DNA of 64,000 bases from a virus. The translations under genes were made by a program, and so were the position numbers. The stretch is from positions 80,007 to 144,006 of the IMG/VR virus record IMGVR_UViG_3300045125_000085. The stretch is one strand, 5' to 3'. The notes below the pieces were generated by a model. It worked only from the letters and a program-made list of their open reading frames with translations, was not told the origin of the DNA and made no database searches. This document shows, in pieces, positions 25,273-37,684 of the stretch. Each line of letters opens with the position of its first letter. Within the stretch, counting starts at the first letter, position 1.

Positions 25273-25680
25273 ATGGCTCAATTTGGCACTTTTGGCACTG
25301 TGATGACTACTGCCAACACCTATGTACTGGCTGGTGCTGTTAATACTGGTATAGCGTATGCCACTATTTCTGTCAATCTGGTCAATACTAGTGCTACGGC
25401 TGATACTACTGTAAGAATCGCTATCGTACCTACTGGCGTCACTGTGACCCAGCTGACTACTGATTTAGCGTCTTATAAGAAGTACCATATTGAATTTGGT
25501 GCTAATCTGACTGCTAATGGCGGTGTACTGGAACGTACCTGCATCCCAGTCTCTCCGGGTGAGCAGGTATTTGTGTGGGCTGCAAGTGGTGATGTCGCTG
25601 CTACGCGTATTCGGTCTGGAACAAGCATCTGCCTAACAAGCACCAGCTATATAGCTCTGGCTTTTAATTTAACTCAATAA
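25273..25680 (+). CDS. small beta-rich virion protein
   Basis: GAGG RBS; SVNLVN...VRIAI...IEFG...GGVLERT pattern common in large-phage tail regions. Confidence 0.6.
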   Translation: MAQFGTFGTVMTTANTYVLAGAVNTGIAYATISVNLVNTSATADTTVRIAIVPTGVTVTQLTTDLASYKKYHIEFGANLTANGGVLERTCIPVSPGEQVFVWAASGDVAATRIRSGTSICLTSTSYIALAFNLTQ

Positions 25681-25695
25681 CAAAGATGACCTCCT

Positions 25696-26040
25696 ATGGC
25701 ACGTTTCACGTATTTTCCCGGCAGTTCGGGTGTTTCACATAGCGGCATATACACGATCAGTGAGGGCGGTACGGGTGTGACTACACTAGCTAGCGCAATT
25801 ACGACCTTAGGGGTATCGCCAAGTCTACGATAGGCAACCCAGGCGGACCTGTCAAAATGAGCCCAACTGCGGCAGTAGTAGATCCGGCCCATTATCCTAC
25901 TGGTGCAGGTACTAGCTATACGCTGAATGGCGTCACTAGCTTAACAGGTGGTACGAGTGATAATGCGACTAAAAGGTATTTATTTGGGTGGATGATATCC
26001 TAGTAGTCACACGTGCCTTTGGTTTAGAACGAGGCTAAAA
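25696..26040 (+). CDS. tail-fibre fragment (MARFTYFPG..., GGTG motif; frameshifted)
   Basis: Hand translation MARFTYFPGSSGVSHSGIYTISEGGTGVTTLASAITTLG. Confidence 0.45.
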
Positions 26041-26111
26041 TAAGCGTCATATAGCCCGGCTAAATAGCCTGGCTATTTTTTTTTCATTACCACAATAAAT
26101 GGTGATCACTA

Positions 26112-27711
26112 ATGGCACGTTATTATTATAGTCCAGGGATGGAATTAATCACACAGAAATCACTAGACGATGTCAAAATCGTGTCAGTGAAAATTAATCC
26201 TTCCATCATAGATAAGGATATCACGCTAGCTAGCGGGCATAATGGTAACTCAGTCGGCCCTATCGCTATTAAAAAGACACTACCGTCAAAATAGAAAAGG
26301 GTGCTTATTGGCTAATTGCTGGTACATCTAATACAGGTACTGCCGATACAGCAATCGGTACTTCTACTGATGCAGCTCACGCTGACCATGTGTGCATCCG
26401 GTACAGACTAGTGTATCTGGTAATGCCGGTACGGCTACTAAGCTGGCTACTGGTCGCTCGATCAGCGCATGACTGGTGATGTCGCTTGGTTGTTACTGGC
26501 TTCGATGGTAGTGGTGATGCCGCTGCAGGAACGGCTACTTTAGCTAGCGTCGTGAACGGACTTTCTGACTACTAATACCGGTACTAAGACTTACCTTTAA
26601 TGCTAAGGGCTTAGTGACTGGTAGTGCTTGGCTTTGGCTGCTAGCCGATATCCCTGATCTGGATTGGTCTAAGATCACTACCGGTGTGCCGACGATCATC
26701 ACCAGTTACTAGTAGCGATAGTAGTCCTTTACCGGCGTGCAGCTGATACGGCTAGCTAGTCAGGTACCTCGGCTGATGCCAGCTCGCGCCGATCACGTGC
26801 ACCCATTACCGGCTATTACGACTAATCCTTCCATCATAGATAAGGATATCACGCTAGCTAGCGGGCATAATGGTAACTCAGTCGGCCCTATCGCTATTAA
26901 AAAAGGCACTACCGTCAAAATAGAAAAGGGTGCTTATTGGCTAATTGCTGGTACATCTAATACAGGTACTGCCGATACAGCAACCAGTGCAGATCATTGC
27001 TTATCAGGTATACGACCAGCCGACGATCTCGCCTCTCACTAGCAGCGTGATTCCTAAAGCATTAGGATCAGCTGCCGTCGGTACTTCTACTGATGCAGCT
27101 CGCGCTGATCACGTGCATCCGATGCAGAAGCAGTATCGGCACGACGGTGATGAGAGTAGCTTTAGCTGTATCAACACTATGCGTTCAGGTAGCTTATGCT
27201 AATAATCAATTAGCTTTAGTGGATACTTTAGGCTTATTCGGATTTGATACGGCTAATACATTACCGGACGATGGCGAAACATGTATAGTGCTGACAGCTG
27301 GTGGTGGTGGCTGGGTATTAGAGTGCCCGCATTGGGAGTTTATCAATTCTAACCTTCTGTTAGAGGATTGGTCTAAAGATATAGAAACTCGCTTCACTAA
27401 TTTTTCTAATAGAATTTTTGAATGGGTATTTCGATATATACCTAGCGCCACTACCACTTTAGACGCGCTAATGGTTATACAACTTTCGATGTAATCTTAG
27501 TTGGCGCGGTGCTAATGATTTTAAGTATTTGTATCGCGAGCTCCTGGACTTAAAAGTATATCCGCACATTAACATAACGGCACATATTACTGCTACTGAT
27601 ACTGTAACCGTTACATTATTTAACCATTATACTGCTTCTTCAGCCAGTGTTCCTAGTGTGCGTTTATTACTGCAAGTTATTAAATTAGATGCTTCATTTG
27701 GCTTCTATTAA
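26112..27711 (+). CDS. tail fibre protein with ARADHVHP motifs (heavily frameshifted)
   Basis: MARYYYSPG start, SGNAGTATKLATGR, FNAKGLVTG, DIPDLDWSKI, three A(R/H)ADHVHP motifs. Confidence 0.65.
26195..26983 (+). repeat. about 160-bp near-identical direct repeat (26195-26354 and 26823-26983)
   Basis: taatccttccatcatagataagg...gccgatacagcaa is present twice. Confidence 0.95.
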
Positions 27712-27780
27712 TAATTATTATTATTGGTTGTTTTAGTCACCGTCTCGATCCTCTTTTAAAAGCACTGTTAGGAGTTTTTT

Positions 27781-29360
27781 ATGCCTGATTTATACACCGT
27801 GCGTTTAATTAAACGCCTAGTAAAGGGAGTGAGCGGAGTCTCTACCCTTGACACATCTTCGACACCATTATATCGTCTACGACAGATAAAGCGACTTTTA
27901 AATCTTTGATCGAAGATAAAAAAGGGATGTTGCTTTTAGCTAAGACAGCTAATCAGGCTGTCTTTACAGCGATTACTAAGTCGGCTACGGCTATGGGTTA
28001 TATTGCCAATAGTCCATCTGCTTTAGATTTTTTTACTAATAATACTACCCTTAATAATTTACTTTATGACGGCGTAGGTAGTGTGGGCATAGTCGCTAAT
28101 TACAATATAACTAAATATGGAAGAGTAGGCGATAATGCTACGTTAAAGGCACTACCTACCTTTAATGACGTGGTAAATAATTCGCCAGTAATGGCAGCTA
28201 TTACAGCTAGTACTACTGGGATGATCGCTATATCGAACAGCTCGATTGCTCTGAATAAGTTTCTATCATCATCTACGTCTGATTTGCTTTATAGTGCCGC
28301 TAGTAATGTAGGCAGCATTTTGAATAAATCGTTAATAAATAACGGCGGTGTAGGAAATAGCACTTTGGCCGGTTTAGCTACTTTTCAAGACGTGGTAAAT
28401 AACGCGACTGCTTTTTCTGCTTTAATAAATGACAAAACTACTATTTCGACAATATTAGGAAGCACTGCAGCTATAAATAAAATAACGAGTTATCCAAATT
28501 GGATGAATAGTGCTGCAATGCTACTAGTAACGCTGGTTATATGCTGAATGTAATTAATGTGGCTAACGGTGGAGTTAGAGACGATATGTTAGCTGCTAAA
28601 GCTACTGCTGCCTTAGTTGTTAATGATTTAACCACATTCACTGCTATATCTGCTACAAAGGCAATAACTACGATAGTATATTAAATTCGTCTACTTTAAT
28701 GAATGTTCTTGAAGAAAATAAAAGCATTCTAAAAACTGTAATATGGAATAGTGAAAGTTTGCTAACAGACACTAAAAAATAACACAACAGCTAAAAATTC
28801 ATTAGCCAGTTCTTCATTAGTTGTTACTATATCTAATATAGTTAAAAGCAAGACGCAGTCTGTATCTGTAAAAACTGGTTTTTCTATTTTACTACAGATG
28901 TCTCAATCAGTCAATACCGTCGATGTTGAGCTACTGTTAAATTCTCACGGCTATTCAAGTTGGTATGTCAGAGGTACTATTATTATCGGCCTAGCTGAAC
29001 AGTAGTTACGGTCTAGCCGTAATAACCTGGGCTGGATGATGGATATCTATGGGTGGGGCGTCACAAAATTATACGATGAAAATAGATTTACTAGAAAGTA
29101 AATATAGTCCAGTTTTTCAAGTGCACGATGTAGAATATAAAGATAAATCTATAACTAACAGTGATCCCATTTATTTAATAGGGAGAAGTATAAGATGGTA
29201 TTGATATAGGTATTAATACAGTAGTAATGTGTAAATATGTTTCTAATATACCGGCAGCTACCGACTGTTATCAATCTTACTATGGTTTGAAAGTAGACGC
29301 AGCTGGTTATAATTGGAGTAGTAATGGCGTACTTACATTTAAGCTTTTAAATCTTGTCTA
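27781..29360 (+). CDS. AT-rich helical-repeat tail-associated protein (frameshifted)
   Basis: GGAG RBS at 27771; ORF 27906-28547 with two roughly 57-aa repeats ending TFxDVVNN. Confidence 0.5.
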
Positions 29361-29373
29361 ATAGGTGACATTC

Positions 29374-29829
29374 ATGCAAACATACACTCACGTTGTAGTA
29401 TTGTCTGATGATAAAATCATTGGTTTTTCTACAGTAGCTGCTTCAGAATATTCTGATCGTAACCATGTTGCGTTGGATAAAGCAATAACACCTTTTATCG
29501 ACGATCATCTTCATTATCAATATAAGAATGGTGAGGTAGTTTATTCACCAAATAGTGATATTAATGACTCACTAGACATCTACTCTTACGCGGCAGTGGA
29601 GACTGGAGTGGAGACTGGTGATAGTTTGATATCTGGATTAGTTAGGCGTTCAGATAGCGCAGAGTTTTTCGACACACCGGTAACAATAGTGCCGCTGACT
29701 ACTACTATCAATACTAATTACGACGATATAACTAATTTTGTCTATGTCGATGGCGTGGTTAAGTATGATGTAGAGGCAGCAAGATTAGCACTTCAAGCTA
29801 AGTTAGCTCAAGAAGATCAAGCGATATAA
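29374..29829 (+). CDS. putative tail-fibre assembly/chaperone protein
   Basis: Ends the fibre cluster; two Y.Y..G.V.Y repeats. Confidence 0.45.
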   Translation: MQTYTHVVVLSDDKIIGFSTVAASEYSDRNHVALDKAITPFIDDHLHYQYKNGEVVYSPNSDINDSLDIYSYAAVETGVETGDSLISGLVRRSDSAEFFDTPVTIVPLTTTINTNYDDITNFVYVDGVVKYDVEAARLALQAKLAQEDQAI

Positions 29830-29831
29830 GT

Positions 29832-29886
29832 ATAGCCTATACGGCATAAGGGGGGGTTTTAGCCCCCCTTATGCCGTATAGGCTAT
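29832..29886. terminator. long bidirectional hairpin between convergent genes
   Basis: atagcctatacggcataagggggg...ccccccttatgccgtataggctat. Confidence 0.8.
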
Positions 29887-29894
29887 TTATCTCA

Positions 29895-30128
29895 TTAGCT
29901 AGTGACGATCAATTTAGCTAATTCCACTACATCTCCCACCATATCACCTACTAGTCCTTCAGGCAACTCCACACCCATCACTATCATCACTAGTATAGCC
30001 GCGATCATTAAAGTCCCAGTCACTACTGCATATTTAAAAAACCAAGCACGTAAATGAATCAATGCTAATCGGTTTTTCACCTCTACATGCACTAATGTAG
30101 GACAGTCCATATCCTTACAATCCCGCAT
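29895..30128 (-). CDS. small membrane protein
   Basis: TM helix YAVVTGTLMIAAILVMIVMGV. Confidence 0.5.
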   Translation of the reverse strand: MRDCKDMDCPTLVHVEVKNRLALIHLRAWFFKYAVVTGTLMIAAILVMIVMGVELPEGLVGDMVGDVVELAKLIVTS

Positions 30129-30205
30129 ATCGCATACGTCTTTACCACACTGCTCCTTAGGATCTACGTAGATAGGAAAGTGTTTACGCCCTCCACCAGC
30201 TCAGC

Positions 30206-30439
30206 TTAGCCTTTACCTTCATACAGTTCAGACTCTACTGCATCTAATGCTAGCAGTATCAGCCGTGTCCGCACAGGTGCAGGTAGCTCACCAAACATAT
30301 CCAGTATCTTCCAAAACTCACTATCGTGCGCATTGATCAAATCACTAAAGCTACTGATGATATCGGTATTCTTAATATGCAATAGCTTCTTTACTTCTTT
30401 ATGATACTCTTTAAGAGCATCTTCTTCTCTGACTGCCAT
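30206..30439 (-). CDS. hypothetical protein
   Basis: GAGG RBS, intact 77-aa ORF. Confidence 0.55.
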   Translation of the reverse strand: MAVREEDALKEYHKEVKKLLHIKNTDIISSFSDLINAHDSEFWKILDMFGELPAPVRTRLILLALDAVESELYEGKG

Positions 30440-30467
30440 TTTAGCTACCTCGCTCTTGTTAAAATGC

Positions 30468-31053
30468 TCACGTCACTACTAGTCTCCTTAATTTAAGTAG
30501 ATGTGTATAAGCGACTGCGATACTATCCACACCGTGCTCATCATACCCGCTCAGTACCTCTGCATCTAGCACGCTCATTAGCTCACTCACACTCCCCACT
30601 GCAGTCTTGACCGCTACTTTATTACCATGCGCTGTAGCCCCCACCAATTTCTTCACTATAGCGGGTTCATAGGTGATGAACTTCACATTAGCGTCATACG
30701 CTTTCACTGCTAATCGCATCGCATACACACATTCGACTAAAGCTGCATAAGCACTCGGCCTGAACCGATTTGTAAAACGGAGACTCGCAGCAGACTATCC
30801 AGGGCTGATAGACTTCTAATAAATGCAGTACGGCATCGTGCTGATAGCCTATCCGCCCCCATCTATCTAGCTCCTCCCTACATCTACCACGCCTGTATGC
30901 GCAGGTGCTTTGATCGTCCTAGCCTCCACACTTACCACACTGTAATCCTCCCACCGTATCGTCAGCATACATATCCCTAAGTGCTGTGAGCCAGGGTCTA
31001 TCCCACAGATCACTCCTGTCTCTACTCCACCCTCTGGCTCGACGCAGTGCCAT
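30468..31053 (-). CDS. ruvC: RuvC-like Holliday junction resolvase (frameshifted)
   Basis: ICGIDPGSQHLG; ESP; YEPAIVKKLVGA...K; DEHGVDSIAVAY. Confidence 0.85.
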
Positions 31054-31065
31054 AGCTCTACTCCT

Positions 31066-31913
31066 TTATACACTCGTGACGAGGTAAAAGGCTCGACTGC
31101 CCCTATGTCCATGATCATGTCGATACCAGTGCTATTAAACTGCGTAGTATAAAAGTCCTGGATAAAGTGCGTCACCTGCACAGCTACTGCATCGGTATAA
31201 TTGACCACCGTACCGTTAAAGTTACCGGGTACTGCTCTGTCGATACCGCTACAGACGGCTGGTTCACTGATGATCATACCGGCATTAGGGTCGTCATACA
31301 AGATAGCTGCTACATTAGTCGGTTCTTGCATATCGGGTTCAGTCATAGTGAAACGTACCTGAGCTGTCACTGATAGATAATCACCGGTAGTGCTCAGTAC
31401 TCCAGTACTACTCAAAGCAGGAGCTGTAGGATTTAAATCCGCTACTGTCGGTGCGAACGGCATACTCGTCACTGCCCCACTACGTTCCGTCATATAGGTC
31501 ATTTGCGGTACGGTCTCATCCAGCTTAAGCATCTTCAGATAGTAAGCGATATAGGTCACACCGTGATGCGTCTCTAGTACTCTTAACCTATAGTTAATAC
31601 GCTCGGCAGCCGTCAGGTCATTCTCAGGTGTACGCAGTATGAAAGGTACCTGGTGATATAAAGCAGCATGTCGTGGTAAGTGCGGTACTGCTACGATCTG
31701 CGTGATACCGTCAGCGCCGACCTGCGCTTTATGACCGCCATTACCTATACCCATGTAGCTGACTTTAGGGGTCTCAGCTACACCTAAGATCACACCGCGG
31801 TTGACATTATACTTTTCGTTTAAAGTGCTGTTCTCAGCTAATGCGACCGGCATGTTGAGAAACTGACACGATTGCAAATAAGCACCGTAGATAGTACGGA
31901 CATTGTTCTTCAT
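31066..31913 (-). CDS. conserved phiKZ-like virion structural protein
   Basis: RTIYGAYLQ...NSTLNEKY...IGNGGH...LYHQVPFILR...DL...ER..YRLR; fused to RuvC in the ORF track by an indel. Confidence 0.7.
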
Positions 31914-31929
31914 AGCGTTTTACTCTGCT

Positions 31930-34090
31930 TTAAATGGTAGAAGGATGACGGAGCCAAAAGTTTATTTGCTCTTTAGGTACCTGACTATTACGCATATCGT
32001 CCAGATTCAAATGTAGATCGTAGGTAATAGCAGTACGTGTTGACGATTGATCGAGTACATAGCTTTGATAGTCTGCTCATTACTTAGCTGGACTTTAGCT
32101 AGCTTACGATTACGACTCAACGTCAGTGGTGGTAACTCATGCTTTAGACGTACGACTGCACTATTAAGACTACTGATAGTCAAAGGGTGAGTGCCATACT
32201 TTAATCCTAGCATGCTATCGATGTGCGTACTGATATCGCCTACACGTAAACTAGCCCATTCGAGCTAGGCGTACTGGTTTTTCATTGACCTGAGCGATCG
32301 TTTGGATGCTGTAGCTGAGTCAGTTGACTCATGACGGCTAGCATAGCACTGCTGGATATTAGCAGCTGATTTAGTCAGGATCGAAGCGATAGCCCGTACC
32401 TGCTGTAAACACAGTCTGAATTAATAGCTGTAGTTCAGTACTAGTATAGGTACTCTCAGGTAAATGCTGCGAGCGTAGCCATTCCTGATAGTCCATGCCG
32501 AGTCTCAGGTAACTCTATTAAAGGATCGCAATGTAATTGCTCAAAGATCCTCGCATAGAAAGCTCGTAGCTGCTGATCCTCTATCCGTGATACAGTATAC
32601 CAATACTGCTGCTCTAGCCCAAATGCCGCTACGCCCCATTGATAGAACGCAGTCTTAGCATATAAAGCTCCGTAGTCTAGGCACAGTACGCAGTATAGTC
32701 CGTACTACATCCACATGTAATCGCTTACTATCTATGCCACTCATGACTTCCTCTAAGCTAGGACACGGCCATCTAAAGACATGGTTTAGCCTGTAGCTTA
32801 GGGATAGTGAGGCATAGGTGTGCCGTACTGCTGATAGGTCAGATAGACTAGATAGATGTACGCAGCCCGACTACTCAGACTACGCTGTTCGCCAGTGATA
32901 GGATCTCTAAAGTTGACGATCACCGGATAGCGGTCCTGGCTGATAAAATACAGCCAATGGTTTAATAACACATCAGTCAGCTTATACGGTACAGCATCAG
33001 TATAGTCTATCAGTGATGACTCTAAGTCTTTAGTCTGCACTACACCTGAGATAGACGTCTTAAATGCTAGATCTATCTCACTATATTCTTCTACACTGAC
33101 GACGGCATTAGCGGGTGCTAGTTTAGCTTCACGCTTCAATATCTCCGCTAAAGTAAACGTATCTTTCCTAGGCATGTTATACATGCCATTGATAGAACGT
33201 TTCCTAAAATGGTAGTCAGGATATAAGCTTTGATCAAAAACAGTGAGCTGGTTCATGGTATAGTCGGCTATCGGAATATAGCGACGCGACAATAAATGCT
33301 CGATCAATTCTAGTAAAGTCGTCTGCTGACCTACATTATGCTTTAAGCTATCGACATTACGATACAGATACAGAGCTTGCTCTAGCGTATAGTAATCCCA
33401 GTACTTATCTAAACGACCTCTACACGCTAAAAACTGTTTGATATGAAAGCTATGGGCTTCAGCTGTCTTACAGCGTTTTAGCCATAGATTCATGATCGTA
33501 GGTACGAGCTGTGAGACCATACTCGCCCACTGACTCGCTGCGTACAGCGTATCTGAATGGATGAAAGCGCGTACATGCCACCTAGCAAAAATAGCGCTGG
33601 ATCCATCCCTCTAGCTCGTGTACTAATGTCGCTTCTTGTGGCTCTATTAGCTCACTCGGATAGCTCAAAATAGCGCCATTCTTCGCATTGACGGCATAAT
33701 GTAAATCGGCGGGGTACAGGATGCCCAGGATCAGATTTTCTTGATCTGGATATGCCTGCACCAACGCCTGGTAATATCAGAACTGCCGTACTGATATGCG
33801 ATAGCTGTAGCCGTATGACTACTCAGATTCTCCTTAGTAAAGCCTATGGTCTCTAGCGTATCTAAGCTAGTCACCACCATAGCACTATCGAGCGAATGGT
33901 ATTCACCAGCTAGGTTTAAGTAATACTTCCAGCTGTAAGGATTATTGTTATCGACATAGCTAGCGCCATACTGCTCCATGATGCCGGTATTCATTAAGGT
34001 CGCGGCATCTTCAGACTTAATGATTAAAGTCTTGGCTAAGAGTAGCGTCATATCTAAATAGATACGGTACTCGTCTAATGGGGTGGCCAT
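31930..34090 (-). CDS. large virion structural protein (phiKZ gp128-like; frameshifted)
   Basis: WKYYLNLAGEYH, SLDTLE.I.F, EAHSFHI..FL, QALYLYRN; divergent from the portal gene. Confidence 0.7.
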
Positions 34091-34140
34091 ACTCAGTTTA
34101 CCCTTGTTTCTACTATACTTTAAATAGGATACATTGCACC

Positions 34141-36906
34141 ATGAAAAAACCTAATGATACCCCGCACAGCAATCAGCGCGGGTCTACTGTACGTCAGCTC
34201 ATAGATCTCGTCAATAGCCGTAAGTCATATCCCGCTTTACGAGTCATAGGCGATGCCCCTGAGATGGCAGCACTCGTATCGAAACTAGTCCGCACCCCGC
34301 TCCAGCATCGGACTAGTCCTGAACTAGGTCCGACGGGGCGGGGGTTGACACAGACCCGTATGCAGCAGATTTCTCAAGGCGTCAAAGAGCGCATTGGGGA
34401 TGCAGAAAACATGATGCAACTGTTTCCGGATTTGGAACTTTCGGCCCAAATCCTGGTCAGCTCAGTGCTTTCTCCAAAGGATATGGTGAACTACGACCTT
34501 ATTTTCTCGAACCAAGATGCTCGATTTCCAGCTGAATTAAGTATGAAAATGCTAGATGCTATCAAGGAAGATTTGGATAAGGAATACGACCTCAAAGCTC
34601 AGCTTCCACTTATTTTAAGACAAGTCTTATTCGAGACTGGTAGCTATGTCAGAGCCGTCATCCCTGAGTCTGCAGTCGATGATCTTATCAATAGAGGTAA
34701 GCTCGTCGGTATGGAACATCTATCAGAACTCTTCGATAAGCAAGAACAACCTAAGTCACTCGGTATCCTCGGTAGACCTAAGATCGCTACAGCTAAGACG
34801 GCGCCGCGTACTGCATTAGAGTCCTTTAAGTTTCAGCGTATCCCTTACCAGACGTACGATGCTACTAATGTAGCAGTAGAGTCACCGCAGTCTAGCTACT
34901 TACCTGAAGTCACTGATAACTTCACTGCTACTGAAGCTACCGCGTATCCAGCAGGCTAATAACCGTGCTAAGATCCGTGGTGTCATCAATGGCCTTAAGC
35001 AATCTGCCTTTAGACCTGCTACTGAAGCTACTGCTAATAAAGGTAGTAAGACAGTACTCAATCATCAAGAGCTAGAAGCATTAGTCTATAAAGGTCATGC
35101 GACTAAAGCCGTACCTTTCGTCTCTATCCCTAATGCTACTCAGACGAGTCGTAAATCCGTAGGTAAGCCACTCGTCATGAAGCTCCCTTCTGAATCTATC
35201 ATACCGGTACACGTACCAGGTGATGAGCGTGATCATATCGGCTACTTCGTACTCATAGATGAGGACGGCAATCCAGTCACCCGTCATAGTCAAGCTGCTT
35301 ATACTGATACACTCAACACCCAGCTGAGTAATCCGAGTCACTCCATGACCAGCTTCCTCTTAGAGAAAGCTAGGCATAACCTCAGTAATGACTTTAGGAA
35401 TAACCTCACTCTCGATCAAGCCGCTAAGATCTATACCGATCTCGTCGAAAACGATCTAATCGAGCGACTCCGTAACGGTATCTATGGTAGTAACTTCGCA
35501 CTCGCACGTACTAATGAAGTCTATCGCGTCATGCTAGCTCGTACTTTCATGAACCAATATACGCGACTCGTCTATATCCCAGCTGAACTCGTCACGTATT
35601 TTGCTCATGATTACCATGCGAACGGTATCGGTAAGTCATTACTCGATGATCTGAATATGCTCATCAGTCTCAGAGGTATCTTACTCTTCGCCCAAGTCAT
35701 GGCTTTGACTAAATCAGCCATAGCTCTGACTCATGTCAATATGACATTAGATCCTAATGACGCTGATCCACAAAAGACGATCGAGATGGCGGTACATGAC
35801 ATCATTAGATGCGTCAGCAGTACTTCCATTAGGTGTCAATACGCCTATCGATCTAGTCGATTGGGTGCAACGTGCAGGCTTTGAGTTTACCTTTGAAGGC
35901 CATCCGGGTTTACCACAAACCAAGTTTGACTTTGAGACTAAGAACCTCCAGCATACTGTACCAGATACAGACTTTATGGAGCAGCTACGTAAGCAGACCA
36001 TCATGGCACATAGCCTGTCACCAGAAGTCGTAGACTCAGGATTTAGTGCTGAGTTCGCTACGACTGTCGTAGCGAATAACATCCTGCTATCTAAGCGCGT
36101 CCTGCAGATCCAGGAGAAGTTTACCCCACAGCTGACGGATTTCGCCCGTAAGCTGCTCCAGCATGATGAGGAATCTACGTAGTAAGCTCCTAGCGATCAT
36201 AGACGAGCATAAAGGACTACTCGGTGCCCATATACCGGATGATGAGAAAACACGCCTTACAGAGCATCCTGGAGGCGTATTTCTCGTCGAACTCCTTAAC
36301 GGCTTTATTGAATCCCTAGCGATAGACCTACCACGTCCCGATATCACTACGCTAGAGAACCAATCACAAGCCTTCCAACACTACTCAGAAAGCTTAGATG
36401 CCGCACTAGAAGCTTGGATCAATAGTGACATTTTAAACGATGTGACTTCAGGTGAACTAGGCAGTCATACCGACATGCTCAAAGCTACGTATAAGTCATA
36501 CTTCTTACGTAAGTGGATGGCTGAGAACGGCTATATGACTGAGCTGACTGATATAGTAATGGCTGATGAGGATGGCAACGCCATGATCGACTTAGCAGCT
36601 ATTATGAAAGACCATATCGAAGGACTGACTCGCTCAGGTGTAGAGTATATCGCTGCTTTGAAACCAATGATAGATGCAGCTAATATGGACTTAAATAACC
36701 TGAACGTAGAGGAAGGTAGCTCTAGTCCTAGTGATAGTGGTAGCAGTGATGATAGCGGCGGTGGTGATGATGGTGGCTTTGATTTCGGCGGAGGGGACGA
36801 CATGGGGGGTGATGAAGCAGGTGGTGAAGAGGCTGGTGGCGATACTGGCGGAGAAGAAAAGGGTGCAGGCGATGATGGTGGTTTAAGGTTTTTAAGCTAC
36901 GCTTAA
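34141..36906 (+). CDS. portal protein (phiKZ gp129-like; frameshifted)
   Basis: MQLFPDLELSAQILVSSVLSPKD, KLPSESIIPVHVPG...HIGYFVLIDEDGNP, GIGKSLL; acidic Gly-rich tail. Confidence 0.8.
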
Positions 36907-36933
36907 GTGTTAAGCTACGCTTAAGTGTTAAGC
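36892..36933. repeat. 18-bp tandem repeat x2.3 (ttaagctacgcttaagtg)
   Basis: Directly visible at the portal stop; each unit contains ttaagc-tac-gcttaa. Confidence 0.85.
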
Positions 36934-37093
36934 AATAAAAGGTACTAAGTAATGAAAGACAATGATAAATGGCATGGCTTAAATAGTGGACTCTTCGCTA
37001 TCACCTTTGGCTTTGGCGTCATGCTGATGGCCGATGCTCTCTGGAGTTTGTTTAAAATGGTCTATGAGCATGTGAAGTAAAAAAAAGAGTGAG

Positions 37094-37134
37094 CATATAG
37101 CCCAGAAGAGCCATAGTGCTCTCTGGGCTATATG
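37094..37134. repeat. CATA...TATG palindrome
   Basis: catatagcccagaagagc-catagt-gctctctgggctatatg. Confidence 0.9.
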
Positions 37135-37141
37135 TCGATCT

Positions 37142-37475
37142 TTACCAGTAGCTCTCTGAGCTGGCTGGTATCGACATGGCTTCAATGCGGGCGTCCTCCA
37201 GTCCTTTATAGACGCATAATACACCTTCCCAGTTGATTCTTTTGAAAGGGCTTCGAAAGACGATGTTGCCATCGTCTCTGACTTCTATGACAGCCTCACC
37301 ATCCTCGCGTTTCTCCACGATGACTTCTACGCCATCCTTGGCATAGACGACGCGAGTAGGAATTACAGCATTGCCAGACGCCAGCCGAGCTAACTCAACG
37401 ATGGTAGTTTTGGGAACAGCCATAATGTTCCAGTCGTCCAAAAAGAGATCAGTGGTCAATGTCACTTTTGCTCAT
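37142..37475 (-). CDS. early hypothetical protein, paralog of 62926-63257
   Basis: LFLDDWNIMAVP...ASGNAVIPTRVVYAKDG...KRINWE; conserved leader upstream. Confidence 0.7.
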
Positions 37476-37600
37476 GATACACCTCCAAAGATGTTACATT
37501 ACTCTAACAACCGAGCAGATTGTTAGAGCAGAAAGGAGGTTTATGATCTCAGCAGTAGGCTAAGATCATTCTAAGTATATGGGACTGTAAAAACTGCACT
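37476..37600 (-). promoter_or_regulatory. early promoter plus two-hairpin leader
   Basis: CATATACTTA; hairpin 1 at 37544-37568; hairpin 2 CTCTAACAA-TCTGCTCGG-TTGTTAGAG at 37502-37528; GGAGG. Confidence 0.85.
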
Positions 37601-37684
37601 ATAAAGAAAGCAAAAAAGAAGAGTGGTATAGAGGAGCCCGTAGGCCCCTCAGTGCTACTCTTTCCTATCAAAAGAAAGCGATGC

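Noticed and set aside
26195-26983. Direct repeat as a DGR template/variable repeat pair
   Set aside because: The copies are essentially identical, without adenine-specific mismatches, and no reverse transcriptase is present in the window.
30867-31913. Structural protein-RuvC fusion
   Set aside because: Probably an indel artefact; RuvC has its own GGAG RBS and ATG near 31053.
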